Positions 18,434-27,740 of a stretch of DNA of 64,000 nucleotides are shown here, in pieces. The notes beneath the pieces are model-generated. The model searched no databases. It was not told the origin of the DNA and saw nothing but the letters and a program-made list of their open reading frames with translations. This DNA comes from Candidatus Latescibacterota bacterium. GTDB lineage: Bacteria > Latescibacterota > UBA2968 > UBA8231. Every line of letters begins with the position of its first letter. Within the stretch, counting starts at the first letter, position 1. The DNA lies in the NCBI GenBank assembly GCA_965217585.1, contig OZ244561.1:5056001-5120000 (forward strand), in the 5' to 3' direction. Position numbers and translations under genes: made by a program.

Positions 18434-19987
18434 ATGAGCGAAGAGCACCATCGCTTGGCGTTGCCGCAGGGGACGCGCATACGAGACTTTGAGTTTCACC
18501 GCGTCCTTGGCTACGGCGGATTTGGTATTACCTATCTGGGATGGAACATTGCCTTGGATATTCCCGTGGCGATCAAGGAGTATCTGCCTGCGGACTTGGC
18601 TACCCGCGAACAAGACCTGTCCGTCGTGCCGCAAACGACTCAGGCGGCGTCGGATTTCCAATGGGGCTTGGAACGCTTCTTGGACGAAGCTCGCGTCCTA
18701 GCGCGCTTTCAGCACCCCAACATCGTCCGCGTCCATCACTTCTTTGAGGCGCACAGCACGGCCTATATCGTGATGGACTATGTGGAGGGGGAAGATTTAT
18801 CGGTGTATCTGACGCGCAAAGGGACGCTGAGCGAAGACGAGCTTAAGGCCGTTTTGTATCCGTTGCTCAATGGCTTAGAAGTGGTGCATCGGGCTGATTT
18901 CCTGCATCGGGACATCAAGCCGGGCAATATCGTCCTGCGCGCTGAGGATGGTTCGCCGGTGTTGCTGGACTTTGGCGCGGCGCGTCAGGCGATAGGGGCA
19001 AAGAGTCGTTCGGTTACGTCGATCGTGACGCCGGGGTATGCGCCGATCGAGCAGTATTCGAGTCGTGGGCGTCAAGGGGCGTGGACGGACATTTATGCGT
19101 TGGGGGGCGTGTGCTATCGAGCGTTGACCGGGCAGGTGCCCGACGATGCGACGGATAGGGTGCGGAATGACCCGCTGATTCCGGTGGTGAAGCGGTGTGC
19201 GGGTCAAGCGAGTCGAGGAATTCTTTCGGCGATCGATTTAGCGTTGTCGGTAGATGAGGGGGATCGTCCACAGAGTATTGGGGCTTGGCGGGAGACGTTG
19301 GGGGCGGATGTGGCCTCGCAGCAAGAGTGTCGCCAAGAAGAGGAAAGGCAGTCAAGGGCCTCGTCGCCGAGTCGTCCGCCGAGATTGTCCACCTCGCAGC
19401 ACGAACACCGCCAAGAAGAAAAGAAAAAAGAGGGCATAGGCGGCGAGACCGCTGGTTCGCCTCTCACTACTCAGTCAGCGGCCAAAGTTAAAGATGCGGA
19501 GCACCTGAACACATGGTTTAAGCTCCACTGTATTTGCCTTGCTGCTATCATACCGTTGGGCGTCTCTGCTGCCGGGCTTGCCGTGTTCGGTTTACTTGCT
19601 GTCGTGTCCGGTTTACTTGCTGTGGTATTCGGTTTACGTATCCTGCATAAATTGTGGTCACTCATCCCCAATCACAAAGCAAGGACGACACCAGGCAAAG
19701 CAGTTGGATTTCTCTTTATACCGTTTTTTAATCTCTACTGGAACTTCGTTGCAATTTACGGTCTCGCCAAAGCTCTCAATACCGAAACCGGTCGAAGATC
19801 AGTCAGCGAGGTGGCTAGTTTTATCTATTGCTGCTCATTTATGGTCGCCGCGATGGCCTCCCTAGTGAATACAATGGAGGACCGGACTTTGATAATCGCT
19901 ATTGGATATATTGTTGGGGGTGTGCTCTGGTTCATCATTCTAAAGCAAATGAAGAACGCCGGCAGACTCATTTTGCAGACGGCATAA
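18434..19987 (+). CDS. Ser/Thr kinase with C-terminal multi-pass membrane domain (DUF4328/DUF4234-like)
   Basis: Kinase nearly identical to paralogs; C-terminus TTPGKAVGFLFIPFFNLYW with about 4-5 TM helices. Confidence 0.85.
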   Translation: MSEEHHRLALPQGTRIRDFEFHRVLGYGGFGITYLGWNIALDIPVAIKEYLPADLATREQDLSVVPQTTQAASDFQWGLERFLDEARVLARFQHPNIVRVHHFFEAHSTAYIVMDYVEGEDLSVYLTRKGTLSEDELKAVLYPLLNGLEVVHRADFLHRDIKPGNIVLRAEDGSPVLLDFGAARQAIGAKSRSVTSIVTPGYAPIEQYSSRGRQGAWTDIYALGGVCYRALTGQVPDDATDRVRNDPLIPVVKRCAGQASRGILSAIDLALSVDEGDRPQSIGAWRETLGADVASQQECRQEEERQSRASSPSRPPRLSTSQHEHRQEEKKKEGIGGETAGSPLTTQSAAKVKDAEHLNTWFKLHCICLAAIIPLGVSAAGLAVFGLLAVVSGLLAVVFGLRILHKLWSLIPNHKARTTPGKAVGFLFIPFFNLYWNFVAIYGLAKALNTETGRRSVSEVASFIYCCSFMVAAMASLVNTMEDRTLIIAIGYIVGGVLWFIILKQMKNAGRLILQTA

Positions 19988-20015
19988 TGGAATCACTCGC
20001 AAAAAAGGAGAAGCT

Positions 20016-20380
20016 ATGTTTCGCTCGCTATCACCGGGGGCTATCGGCGCAAGCGTAGAGAACCTCGCAGATGGGCTTGATTTGGCCGCGCGGCACGGGT
20101 TTGCCGGGTATCACTTTAGCATTGGCGAAGTCGCGGCCATGGGCGCAGAAGAGGCTCTCGCGCTGGCCGAGCGCAAGGGCGTGCGCCTGTCGGCGTGGGG
20201 ATTTCCCGTTGATTTTCGCGGGGAGGAGGCCGCATACCAAGCGAGCTTGGCGCAGTTGCCGGAGTTGGCAAAGGTGGCGGCGGCCTTGGGGGTGCGGCGG
20301 ACGGCGACTTGGATCGCGCAGGCTTCGGACGAGTGGATTTAACAAAACAATTTCGCCGTTCACGTCGAGCGGCTCCGGCC
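20016..20380 (+). pseudogene. Truncated duplicate of the isomerase/epimerase at 21423
   Basis: First ~100 codons nearly identical (offset 1407 bp), then premature stop and loss of similarity at ~20380. Confidence 0.85.
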
Positions 20381-20392
20381 AAGGCGCGAGGG

Positions 20393-20764
20393 TTAGGTCA
20401 ATTTGAGGGCGGCGAACAAGAGACCCATCAGGGCAATTTGGGTTCCAATGACCCAATAGATGCGTCCGTTGAGCGCGTCTAATCGGCGGTGTACCTCGGC
20501 GATGTCTTGCCGCATGTCTTGCCTCAAGCCGGCGTTGTCCTGCCTCAAGCCGGCGTTGGCATATCGTTGGTGTGTCTCGATGCGGTCGAGGCGTCGCTCG
20601 ATGCTGTCTAATCGCTTGGACAACTCCACTTGCACGGGATCGGGTCTGACTTTGGGGGGCTGCTGTATGATCGTTTGAAAAGCTGAGAAAGGAGGCTTTG
20701 GGAGAAAGATCAGTATGAAAACGAATAGGTTCGAGAAGCTCCTGTATCGAGGAGGACAGGGCAT
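20393..20764 (-). CDS. Small coiled-coil plus C-terminal TM protein (DUF1640/CCDC90-like); start uncertain
   Basis: LDSIERRLDRIE...LRQDMRQDIAEVHRRLDALNGRIYWVIGTQIALMGLLFAALK. Confidence 0.55.
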   Translation of the reverse strand: MPCPPRYRSFSNLFVFILIFLPKPPFSAFQTIIQQPPKVRPDPVQVELSKRLDSIERRLDRIETHQRYANAGLRQDNAGLRQDMRQDIAEVHRRLDALNGRIYWVIGTQIALMGLLFAALKLT

Positions 20765-20868
20765 ACATGAAGCTGACTATCAGGGGTAGGGTCTTGGACT
20801 GCGTCGAGAAAACCAACCTGCCAGATTAGACCCTGAGTCCAATCAAACCGCCCTGTGAATACCGACAT
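20710..20868 (-). pseudogene. Truncated retropepsin-like aspartic protease
   Basis: Manual translation MSVFTGRFDW...CPVLLDTGASRTYSFSY*; D-T-G motif; overlaps the upstream gene. Confidence 0.6.
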
Positions 20869-21103
20869 GAGAAAAATATCCTAAATCAATGGAATGGTGC
20901 GTAATCTGTTGCACTGAGAAGTGCCCATCTATCAGTTTGTTTCCCGCAGCAATTGCATCTCTGCTCGTATCGAAGCAGGCAAGCACTTCCTGATTGTGCA
21001 TGAGGGCAAACCTGTTCGGATGGGTTTGCATCAACTCGGGCAACTTGGCCTTAAAAGCCTCGTAGTTTGCATCCACCTCTTGCTGTCGGCTAATGCTTTC
21101 CAT
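20843..21103 (-). CDS. DUF5678-like small protein
   Basis: NYEAFKAKLPELMQTHPNRFALMHNQEV...FDT..DA...G; RBS aaggag. Confidence 0.7.
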   Translation of the reverse strand: MESISRQQEVDANYEAFKAKLPELMQTHPNRFALMHNQEVLACFDTSRDAIAAGNKLIDGHFSVQQITHHSIDLGYFSHVGIHRAV

Positions 21104-21422
21104 GTCTATTCTCCTTGTTCATACACGCCTATTTAGGGTTGGAATAAGCAGGAAAGTGATGTTAATGGAGGGGGCGTTCTCCGTCAAGGTCTTTTGAATG
21201 CCTTGTCTCCACAGGCCATCTCACTCTATCTTTCATGCTGGCCAACGTTTCTTGCAGATCCCGCCTTAGCCAGGTTATCTGCTGGATACAAGAGCCTTCA
21301 ATCCGGTCCTGCTCACAGGACAAACCCCTTCTCAGTCCGCCTTTGAGTGACAGACCATCCAGATCGGCGGCGAGACCTATCGCGCTCAGGCTCGCCAACA
21401 ATCAATCAAATAAGGAAAAGCT

Positions 21423-22256
21423 ATGTTTCGCTCGCTATCACCGGGAGCTATCGGCGCAAGCGTAGAGAATCTCGCAGACGGGCTTGATTTGGCCGCGCGG
21501 CACGGGTTCGCCGGGTATCACTTTAGCATTGGCGAAGTCGCGGCCATGGGCGCGGAAGAGGCCCTCGCGCTGGCCGAGCGCAAGGGCGTGCGCCTGTCGG
21601 CGTGGGGATTTCCCGTTGATTTTCGCGGGGAGGAGGCCGCATATCAAGCGAGCTTGGCGCAGTTGCCGGAGTTGGCAAAGGTGGCGGCGGCGTTGGGGGT
21701 GCGGCGGACGGCAACTTGGATCATGCCGACCTCGGACGAGCTGACGTACCAAGAGAACTTCGCCTTTCACGTCGAGCGGCTGCGGCCGGTCGCCGCGGTA
21801 CTCGCCGACGAAGGCGTGAGGTTGGGCTTGGAATACGTCGCGCCGAAAACGTTGTGGTCGAGCAAAAAGTACGAGTTCGTCCACACCATGGAGCAAATGG
21901 CGGAACTGTGCCAGGCCGTAGGCGAGAACGCGGGCTTTCTGCTCGATAGCTGGCATTGGTACACCGCCCACGAGACTGCTGCGGATCTGCGCCGTTTGCG
22001 CCCCCAGCAAGTGGTAGATGTACACGTCAACGATGCACCGGCCGGCGTAGAAATTGACGACCAGCTCGACAATGTGCGCGACTTGCCCGGGGCGACCGGC
22101 GTAATCGACATCGAGGCATTCCTCAGCGCCTTGCAGCACATCGGCTATGACGGGCCGGTCATGGTCGAGCCGTTCAGCCAGCGGCTGCGCGCCATGGAGC
22201 GGGAAGAGGCCGTGGCGGCTGCGGCCGCCGCGCTGGGCCGCGTGTGGATATCGTAG
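21423..22256 (+). CDS. Sugar phosphate isomerase/epimerase
   Basis: LGLEY, LLDSWHW, VHVND, R.LPG.TG.ID, MVEPF. Confidence 0.85.
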   Translation: MFRSLSPGAIGASVENLADGLDLAARHGFAGYHFSIGEVAAMGAEEALALAERKGVRLSAWGFPVDFRGEEAAYQASLAQLPELAKVAAALGVRRTATWIMPTSDELTYQENFAFHVERLRPVAAVLADEGVRLGLEYVAPKTLWSSKKYEFVHTMEQMAELCQAVGENAGFLLDSWHWYTAHETAADLRRLRPQQVVDVHVNDAPAGVEIDDQLDNVRDLPGATGVIDIEAFLSALQHIGYDGPVMVEPFSQRLRAMEREEAVAAAAAALGRVWIS

Positions 22257-22289
22257 GGGCAACCGGCCGGTCGCCCCTACTCACGTGAC

Positions 22290-24044
22290 ATGGAAACCCG
22301 CACGATTGAATGCGACATCTTGGTCTTGGGCGGCGGCTTGGGCGGCGTGGCCGCGGCCGTGCGCGCCGCCCGCCTAGGCTACCGAGTCTGCCTGACCGAA
22401 GAAAACCCGTGGCTCGGCGGCCAAGCCACCAGCCAGGGCGTCGCTGCCTTAGACGAGCATCCGCACATAGAGCACTTTGGCGGCACGGCTCTCTACGGCG
22501 AATTCCGCGCTGGTATCCGCGCGTACTATCGCCGCAAATACAAACTGAAAAACCCCGACGACCCGCACTTCAACCCTGGAGCCGGATGGGTCTCTGCCCT
22601 GTGCTTTGAGCCGCGAGCCGGCCTAACGGCCCTGTTGTCCTTAGTCGTACCCCAAGTCGAGGCCGGCCGCCTGATGCTGTTTTACTATGCCCGCGCGTCT
22701 GCCGCCCACGTCCAAGGCCAGTCCATCCGCACCGTAGATGTCGTCCAAGACGGCGGCACGCACATCTTGCGCTTTGCCCCGGCGTATGTGCTCGACGCCA
22801 CCGAGCTGGGCGATCTGCTACCCCTGCTGCCCGTCCCCTATGTCTCCGGCGCTGAAAGCCGCGACCAGACCGGCGAGCCGCACGCCCGCTCTGAAGGCCC
22901 GGCTCCGCATCTGACTCAGTCTTTTACCTGCCCGTTTGCGGTCGATTTCTGCCCCGGTCAAGATCACACCATTCCCCGCCCGCCCAACTACGAGCGCCAC
23001 CGCGACCAGCAGCCCTACACCTTGACCTTGCAGTACGCCCGCGGCCTGCGCACGTACCGGTTCTTCGAGACCGCCGGCGACTTGCCCGGCTCCTTTTGGG
23101 CCTACCGCCGCCTGTTGTGCGCCGATCAATTCGCCGAGGGGCAGGTGCCTAGGGACGTGGCGTTGATCAACTGGCCGGGCAACGACTACACCGGCGGCAC
23201 CCTGATCGACGTGCCGCCCGCCGAGCGAGCGCAGCAGCTAGCGGCGGCCAAGGAACTGAGTTTGGGGTTGTTGTACTGGTTACAAACTGAGGTGCCGCGC
23301 GACGACGGCCGCGGCCGTGGCTATCCCGAGCTGCGGCTGCGCCCAGACATCATGGGGACCGCTGACGGCTTCTCCCAGCACCCCTACATCCGCGAGTCCC
23401 GGCGCATCGAAGCGCGCAAGACCATTGTCGAGCAAGAGGTAGCTGCCCCGCACCAGCCCAATGCGCGCGCCGCCCCTTTTAGCGACAGCGTTGGCGTGGG
23501 CTGGTACGCCATCGACATCCACGGCCAAGCCACTGACATAGTGTATATCGCGCCAACCAAGCCCTTCCAGATCCCGTTGGGAGCGCTCGTGTCGCGGCAC
23601 TTGGACAACTTGCTGGCGGCCTGCAAGAACATCGGCACCACGCACATCACCAATGGCTGCTACCGTCTGCATCCCGTGGAGTGGAATATCGGCGAAGCCG
23701 CCGGTGCTTTGGCCGCTTTTTGCTTGGGCCAGCAGCAGACCCCAGCGGATGTGTGTAGCAGCGCGGCTCTGCGCCGCCAGTACCAGCAGACCTTGCTGGA
23801 GGCTGGCGTGCCGCTGTATTGGTACGAGGACGTGCCGCTGGGGCACCCGGCCTTTGCGGCCGTGCAGATGCTGGCCGTGGAGGGAATATGGCCGGGCTGC
23901 GCCGATCATTTGCGCTTCGATCCAGACGCCTTGGCCAGCGCACCCGCCGAACGCCTGCGGGCCGCAGGCTTGTCACCGGATCTCGCAGGCCGCGACCCCA
24001 TAACGCGCGGGGACTTAGCGCGCCGGATGGCCCAGCATTTGTAA
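22290..24044 (+). CDS. FAD-dependent oxidoreductase (FAD_oxidored family)
   Basis: GGGLGG, GGQAT, DATELGD, PYIRESRRI, YRLHPVEWNIGEAAG. Confidence 0.88.
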   Translation: METRTIECDILVLGGGLGGVAAAVRAARLGYRVCLTEENPWLGGQATSQGVAALDEHPHIEHFGGTALYGEFRAGIRAYYRRKYKLKNPDDPHFNPGAGWVSALCFEPRAGLTALLSLVVPQVEAGRLMLFYYARASAAHVQGQSIRTVDVVQDGGTHILRFAPAYVLDATELGDLLPLLPVPYVSGAESRDQTGEPHARSEGPAPHLTQSFTCPFAVDFCPGQDHTIPRPPNYERHRDQQPYTLTLQYARGLRTYRFFETAGDLPGSFWAYRRLLCADQFAEGQVPRDVALINWPGNDYTGGTLIDVPPAERAQQLAAAKELSLGLLYWLQTEVPRDDGRGRGYPELRLRPDIMGTADGFSQHPYIRESRRIEARKTIVEQEVAAPHQPNARAAPFSDSVGVGWYAIDIHGQATDIVYIAPTKPFQIPLGALVSRHLDNLLAACKNIGTTHITNGCYRLHPVEWNIGEAAGALAAFCLGQQQTPADVCSSAALRRQYQQTLLEAGVPLYWYEDVPLGHPAFAAVQMLAVEGIWPGCADHLRFDPDALASAPAERLRAAGLSPDLAGRDPITRGDLARRMAQHL

Positions 24045-24067
24045 AGGATAATCCGATGGCGTATAAT
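24039..24067 (+). promoter_or_regulatory. Sigma70-type promoter for tRNA-Thr
   Basis: TTGTAA-17 bp-TATAAT, ending 10 bp upstream of the tRNA. Confidence 0.7.
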
Positions 24068-24077
24068 TTGAGGGAGA

Positions 24078-24153
<76 letters not shown>

Positions 24154-24430
24154 ATAAATTATAGAAATTACATCGAATAGTGATCTCGGATTGCGTAAGT
24201 CGGTGTTTTTACGCAAGCCAGCTCTCCGTTAGGAGAATCAGCGGGGCCTATTTGTTGCTACACTATCTATAGATACCAGGGTCTAGATCCGGTGTCAAGG
24301 CAATCAGTGTCCTTCGATTGCCTGCTGGCGTATGGGCTTGCAGGGATTGACAGGACATTTTTATTTTTGTATAGGATGTGTTCCTTGACCCAGTCAGGGA
24401 ACAACGGTCATCGACGTCCCGGAGAGGAGA

Positions 24431-25090
24431 ATGCTTATGACCCAGCAAGGCACAACGCTGGCGATGGAATACCTATTGCATTCCTTGAACATCGTTATTC
24501 TTGCAGAGTCTCACGATCCGACTATTCTCAAGCCGAGTGTCCTGGTAGATAGAGGGATTGTGCCTACGGATTGGAAAGTAGTCAAGTCGGAGAACTCGCT
24601 GGTAGAGTCAACTGTGCAATATGAAAAAATTGTAGTGAATATCAATCCATCACGATTGGAGTTCATAGAGGGTTGCGAGAGTCCTTTTAGAGACGAGTAT
24701 AGTGTCTATGGATTGGTTGACGCCTACTTATCAGCGTTCCCTTACGTTCCTTATAAGGGCTTTGGGATTAATCATAGGGTATATATGGATATAGAGAATC
24801 CAGAGCAATGGATACGTCAGCATTTTTTGCGACTGGGAAGTGACCTCAAGATATTGAGTGTCCAACAGACCCTTGATATAGGCACAGACGATGGGTTAGT
24901 ATGTAGAATCTTAGTTAATCCGGCGACTAGAAATCCTCCTCAGGGTAATCCCCAAAGAACAGTCATATTTGACAGCAACATCCATCATCCGGATCTGGAC
25001 GCTGATGAGATGCGAGCTGCTATTAGCCGATGGCCAGAGAAGCAAGCCTTTGTCATCTCGGTGATAGATGAACTCTTGAAGGGGGAATAG
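24431..25090 (+). CDS. Hypothetical protein, TIGR04255-like
   Basis: NIVILAE.HDPTIL.P, PYKGFGIN, IFDSNIHH; lower GC than flanks. Confidence 0.6.
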   Translation: MLMTQQGTTLAMEYLLHSLNIVILAESHDPTILKPSVLVDRGIVPTDWKVVKSENSLVESTVQYEKIVVNINPSRLEFIEGCESPFRDEYSVYGLVDAYLSAFPYVPYKGFGINHRVYMDIENPEQWIRQHFLRLGSDLKILSVQQTLDIGTDDGLVCRILVNPATRNPPQGNPQRTVIFDSNIHHPDLDADEMRAAISRWPEKQAFVISVIDELLKGE

Positions 25091-25092
25091 GT

Positions 25093-25962
25093 ATGAGTGA
25101 AAAGACAATAAATAGGGATGAGTATTTCGGTGCGATGGTTCCGGTGGAGTCGTCAGGACGCAGGGTTGGCATGTTATTTGGCGCATCCCATTTCATAGTC
25201 GAGGACGAGGATATAACTATTACCGAGAGCAAGGGGATACAAGACCAGCTAGAGCGTATCGAAGAGTGGAATAGTATGTCCGGTGTAGTATTCAAGGAAG
25301 TGCTCATTGATGAGGCCAGCCGCGTCCGGACGGACTACGTCCAACAAGAGAGGATCCAATATGAGAGGATCCAATATGAGAGAGAGCTAATATCTCATAT
25401 ACAAAAACATGATATACAAAAACATGATATACAAAAACATGTCTCGTGGTACAAGCACAGATTAGGTATAGCTAGCTATGGGGGTTTATTTTTTTCTGTA
25501 GAAATTAACCAGAATTGGCGCTCGAAAGTGTCCTCGGCTGATAATCCCGAGGAGATCATTGAGCTATTTAGACAATCCGATAATCCTAAGTTTAATAGGA
25601 TAGCCGATCGGCTAAGAGAACTTCAAGATTTTTACGAAGAAGATCCTGAAGGGGGGGATCCTTTAACGATTGAGGCGTTGAGGACCTTAGCTTTTTTTGT
25701 TGGGAACAATATAGACCTGCCCTATTCACACATCTCCGTTTATTCAGATGGGAGGGTTTATCTGGAATGGAGACTGCATCCTCAAGGCCGATTGGCTATG
25801 GAGCTGTCATCAGATAAGGATTTGATCAATTTTGCTGCTATCTCTGCTACGGCCGAAGAGGGCATAGAAAGAAAAGAAGTATCCGGTGCTTTGCCAGAAA
25901 AAGAGGCAATTGAGGCTGTTCGGTGGTTCATTAATCGTATTGCAGACAATGCCCCCAAATAA
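25093..25962 (+). CDS. Hypothetical protein with short internal tandem repeats
   Basis: 289-aa ORF; ERIQY x2 and H(D)IQK x3; C-terminal P..ISVYSDGRVYLEW domain. Confidence 0.65.
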   Translation: MSEKTINRDEYFGAMVPVESSGRRVGMLFGASHFIVEDEDITITESKGIQDQLERIEEWNSMSGVVFKEVLIDEASRVRTDYVQQERIQYERIQYERELISHIQKHDIQKHDIQKHVSWYKHRLGIASYGGLFFSVEINQNWRSKVSSADNPEEIIELFRQSDNPKFNRIADRLRELQDFYEEDPEGGDPLTIEALRTLAFFVGNNIDLPYSHISVYSDGRVYLEWRLHPQGRLAMELSSDKDLINFAAISATAEEGIERKEVSGALPEKEAIEAVRWFINRIADNAPK

Positions 25963-26371
25963 TCCTCTCCTTGATTGTCATCATTTCGCACGATATTGTA
26001 GACCTGATACTGTGGAGAATGGACTTCCCACAGGAAGATCTTTTGAGATCAGACCAGAAAAGGAAAAAGGTATCTCTGTAAATTGGCTTGAGTATTTTCG
26101 CCAAGAGGATGCATGTAAAAATCTTGAAAAGGTCAGGGAAGTTTTTAAGAGAAAAAAATTTAAACTAAGTAAGAAAGGACGATTTACAGTTCTGAGTGTT
26201 GGTTATTGTAAGAGAAAAATAAAATTAGCCCATAAGATCGACATATCTATAAAACACACGCCTAATAAGAAAGACCCGTCACATTCTACAATTTTTTCAG
26301 AAGATCTTGCTATCTACATAGAAATTGCCGAGTTGGTCACGTCCGCGGATGTATATCCTGCTCTAAAGTAG
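25949..26371 (+). CDS. Hypothetical protein, possible RES/ADP-ribosyltransferase-like fold
   Basis: FARYC, F..R..E.GISVNWLE, HTP..KDPSHS; start overlaps upstream gene end. Confidence 0.6.
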   Translation: MPPNNPLLDCHHFARYCRPDTVENGLPTGRSFEIRPEKEKGISVNWLEYFRQEDACKNLEKVREVFKRKKFKLSKKGRFTVLSVGYCKRKIKLAHKIDISIKHTPNKKDPSHSTIFSEDLAIYIEIAELVTSADVYPALK

Positions 26372-26376
26372 CCCTC

Positions 26377-27647
26377 CAGGGCAATCGCATTATAACTGTC
26401 CATGTGCCAATAGGTTCGCCAAATATTTGTGGTCCCACCCGGCCTTGAGCCGTTTGGTTTGCATGCCGGCTTTGGTCGTTTTGTCTTGCTGGAGTAGATT
26501 GAGCGCGATGTGGCGTATAACGGCCATATTTTCGGGGCCATGCCCCCGGCGTATGCGGGACTGATCCCCGCGTACGCGGGGACGACATCGAGGATCCAGT
26601 GTAATGAATTCTCAATGGCCCAATGCCCGCGCACCGCTTGGCCCAATCGTTGCGCGTTGTTGTCCAGCGTGGAGATATAGTAGCGTCGTTCGACCGAAGC
26701 GCTATCGCCGCGGTGCCGGGTGGCCTCGACCATACCGAACAGGCGTAAGCCCGGCCAGTGAGCATGATCAGCAAAAGCCTCGATCTGGTTGGTGGTCCAG
26801 TACTGCCGCGTTTCTCGACGCCCGTGGTTTTCGTCCTGAGTAAACCAATAATCTACGGCGGGATCGGCGTGGAGTTTGGAGTCGGAACGGTCAAAGAGTT
26901 GTTGAAGATGGGCGTGGAGTTGGGGTTGATTGGCCTTGACGGCCAGCACGTAGTCGGCCTCTTGTTCGACGACCTGTTCGGCCGTGCTTTTATGACACCC
27001 CAAGGCATCGGTGGTGACCAGGCAGCCTTTGAGGTCTAAAACACGTAATAATTCGGGGATGAGCGCAATTTCTTCGAGGGCTTCTTCACCATGAAACTGC
27101 CCCAAGACCAGCCGATTTTTTACCGCCCAAGCATGCACCATGTGGATGGCGGCTTGGCCCGAGTCCGTATCGTAGGAGCGGCGCAGCGTCTTGCCATCCA
27201 GCGGCACGATCTCGCCCTCGTCGGCCAACAGGGGCGTCAGCGATTGCACCCAAGCGGTAAAACAGTCTTGGAAATGCCAAGGCGAAATACGGGCCAACAC
27301 ACGACCGAAGGTATCATGCGAGGGGATGCCGTTCGGCACGGCTAGAAAGGTCTTAAGCCAGTCGGCTTTAGCCCGGCCAAATTCGGCGATCGCCACCCAG
27401 TTGTCGGCCCCACAAATGGAGCCGCACACCGCAATCATGAGAATATCAATCAAGCGATGCGCCCGACAACGCTCCATACGCGGGTCGGGGATATCGGCCA
27501 AATAATCCAGCAACCCCGAAGACGATGAGGACATGAAGAAACACTCCAGGCAAGAGGGAAATGGGAGGACATGAACCTAAGCTCCATAGAACGGCCAAAA
27601 GGAACATAACCGCATGGTAAAAATCAACTTATAATGCGATTGCCCTG
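26377..27647 (-). mobile_element. ISAs1-family insertion sequence
   Basis: 19-bp inverted repeats CAGGGCAATCGCATTATAA / TTATAATGCGATTGCCCTG; 10-bp target duplication AGTAGCCCTC (26367-26376, 27648-27657). Confidence 0.95.
26391..27534 (-). pseudogene. ISAs1 transposase, frameshifted near 26570
   Basis: DPR, IPSHDTF, DGKTLR, HWAIENSLHW; native C-terminus DQSRIRRGHGPENMAVIRHIALNLL lies in another frame. Confidence 0.85.
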
Positions 27648-27677
27648 AGTAGCCCTCCTCTGGTATCTACTAACACT

Positions 27678-27713
27678 AAGCCCTCCTTGGCAAACCTGTG
27701 CCAAGGAGGGCTT
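27678..27713. terminator. Hairpin (putative terminator) between convergent units
   Basis: aagccctccttggca-aacctg-tgccaaggagggctt. Confidence 0.65.
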
Positions 27714-27740
27714 CATACTTCAAACTGACGCGCTACCGTC

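Noticed and set aside
9240-19987. Type VI secretion or Zorya locus
   Set aside because: No TssB/C/J/K/L/M, VgrG or Hcp; no OmpA-domain ZorB or ZorC/D/E
4549-19987. Diversity-generating retroelement or invertase shufflon
   Set aside because: No reverse transcriptase or recombinase; repeats are direct and differences are not adenine-specific
21162-21401. 79-aa minus-strand ORF
   Set aside because: No RBS or recognisable motif
26543-26586. CRISPR array
   Set aside because: Only one repeat-like unit, with no spacers or cas genes; the apparent second half-copy is native transposase coding sequence
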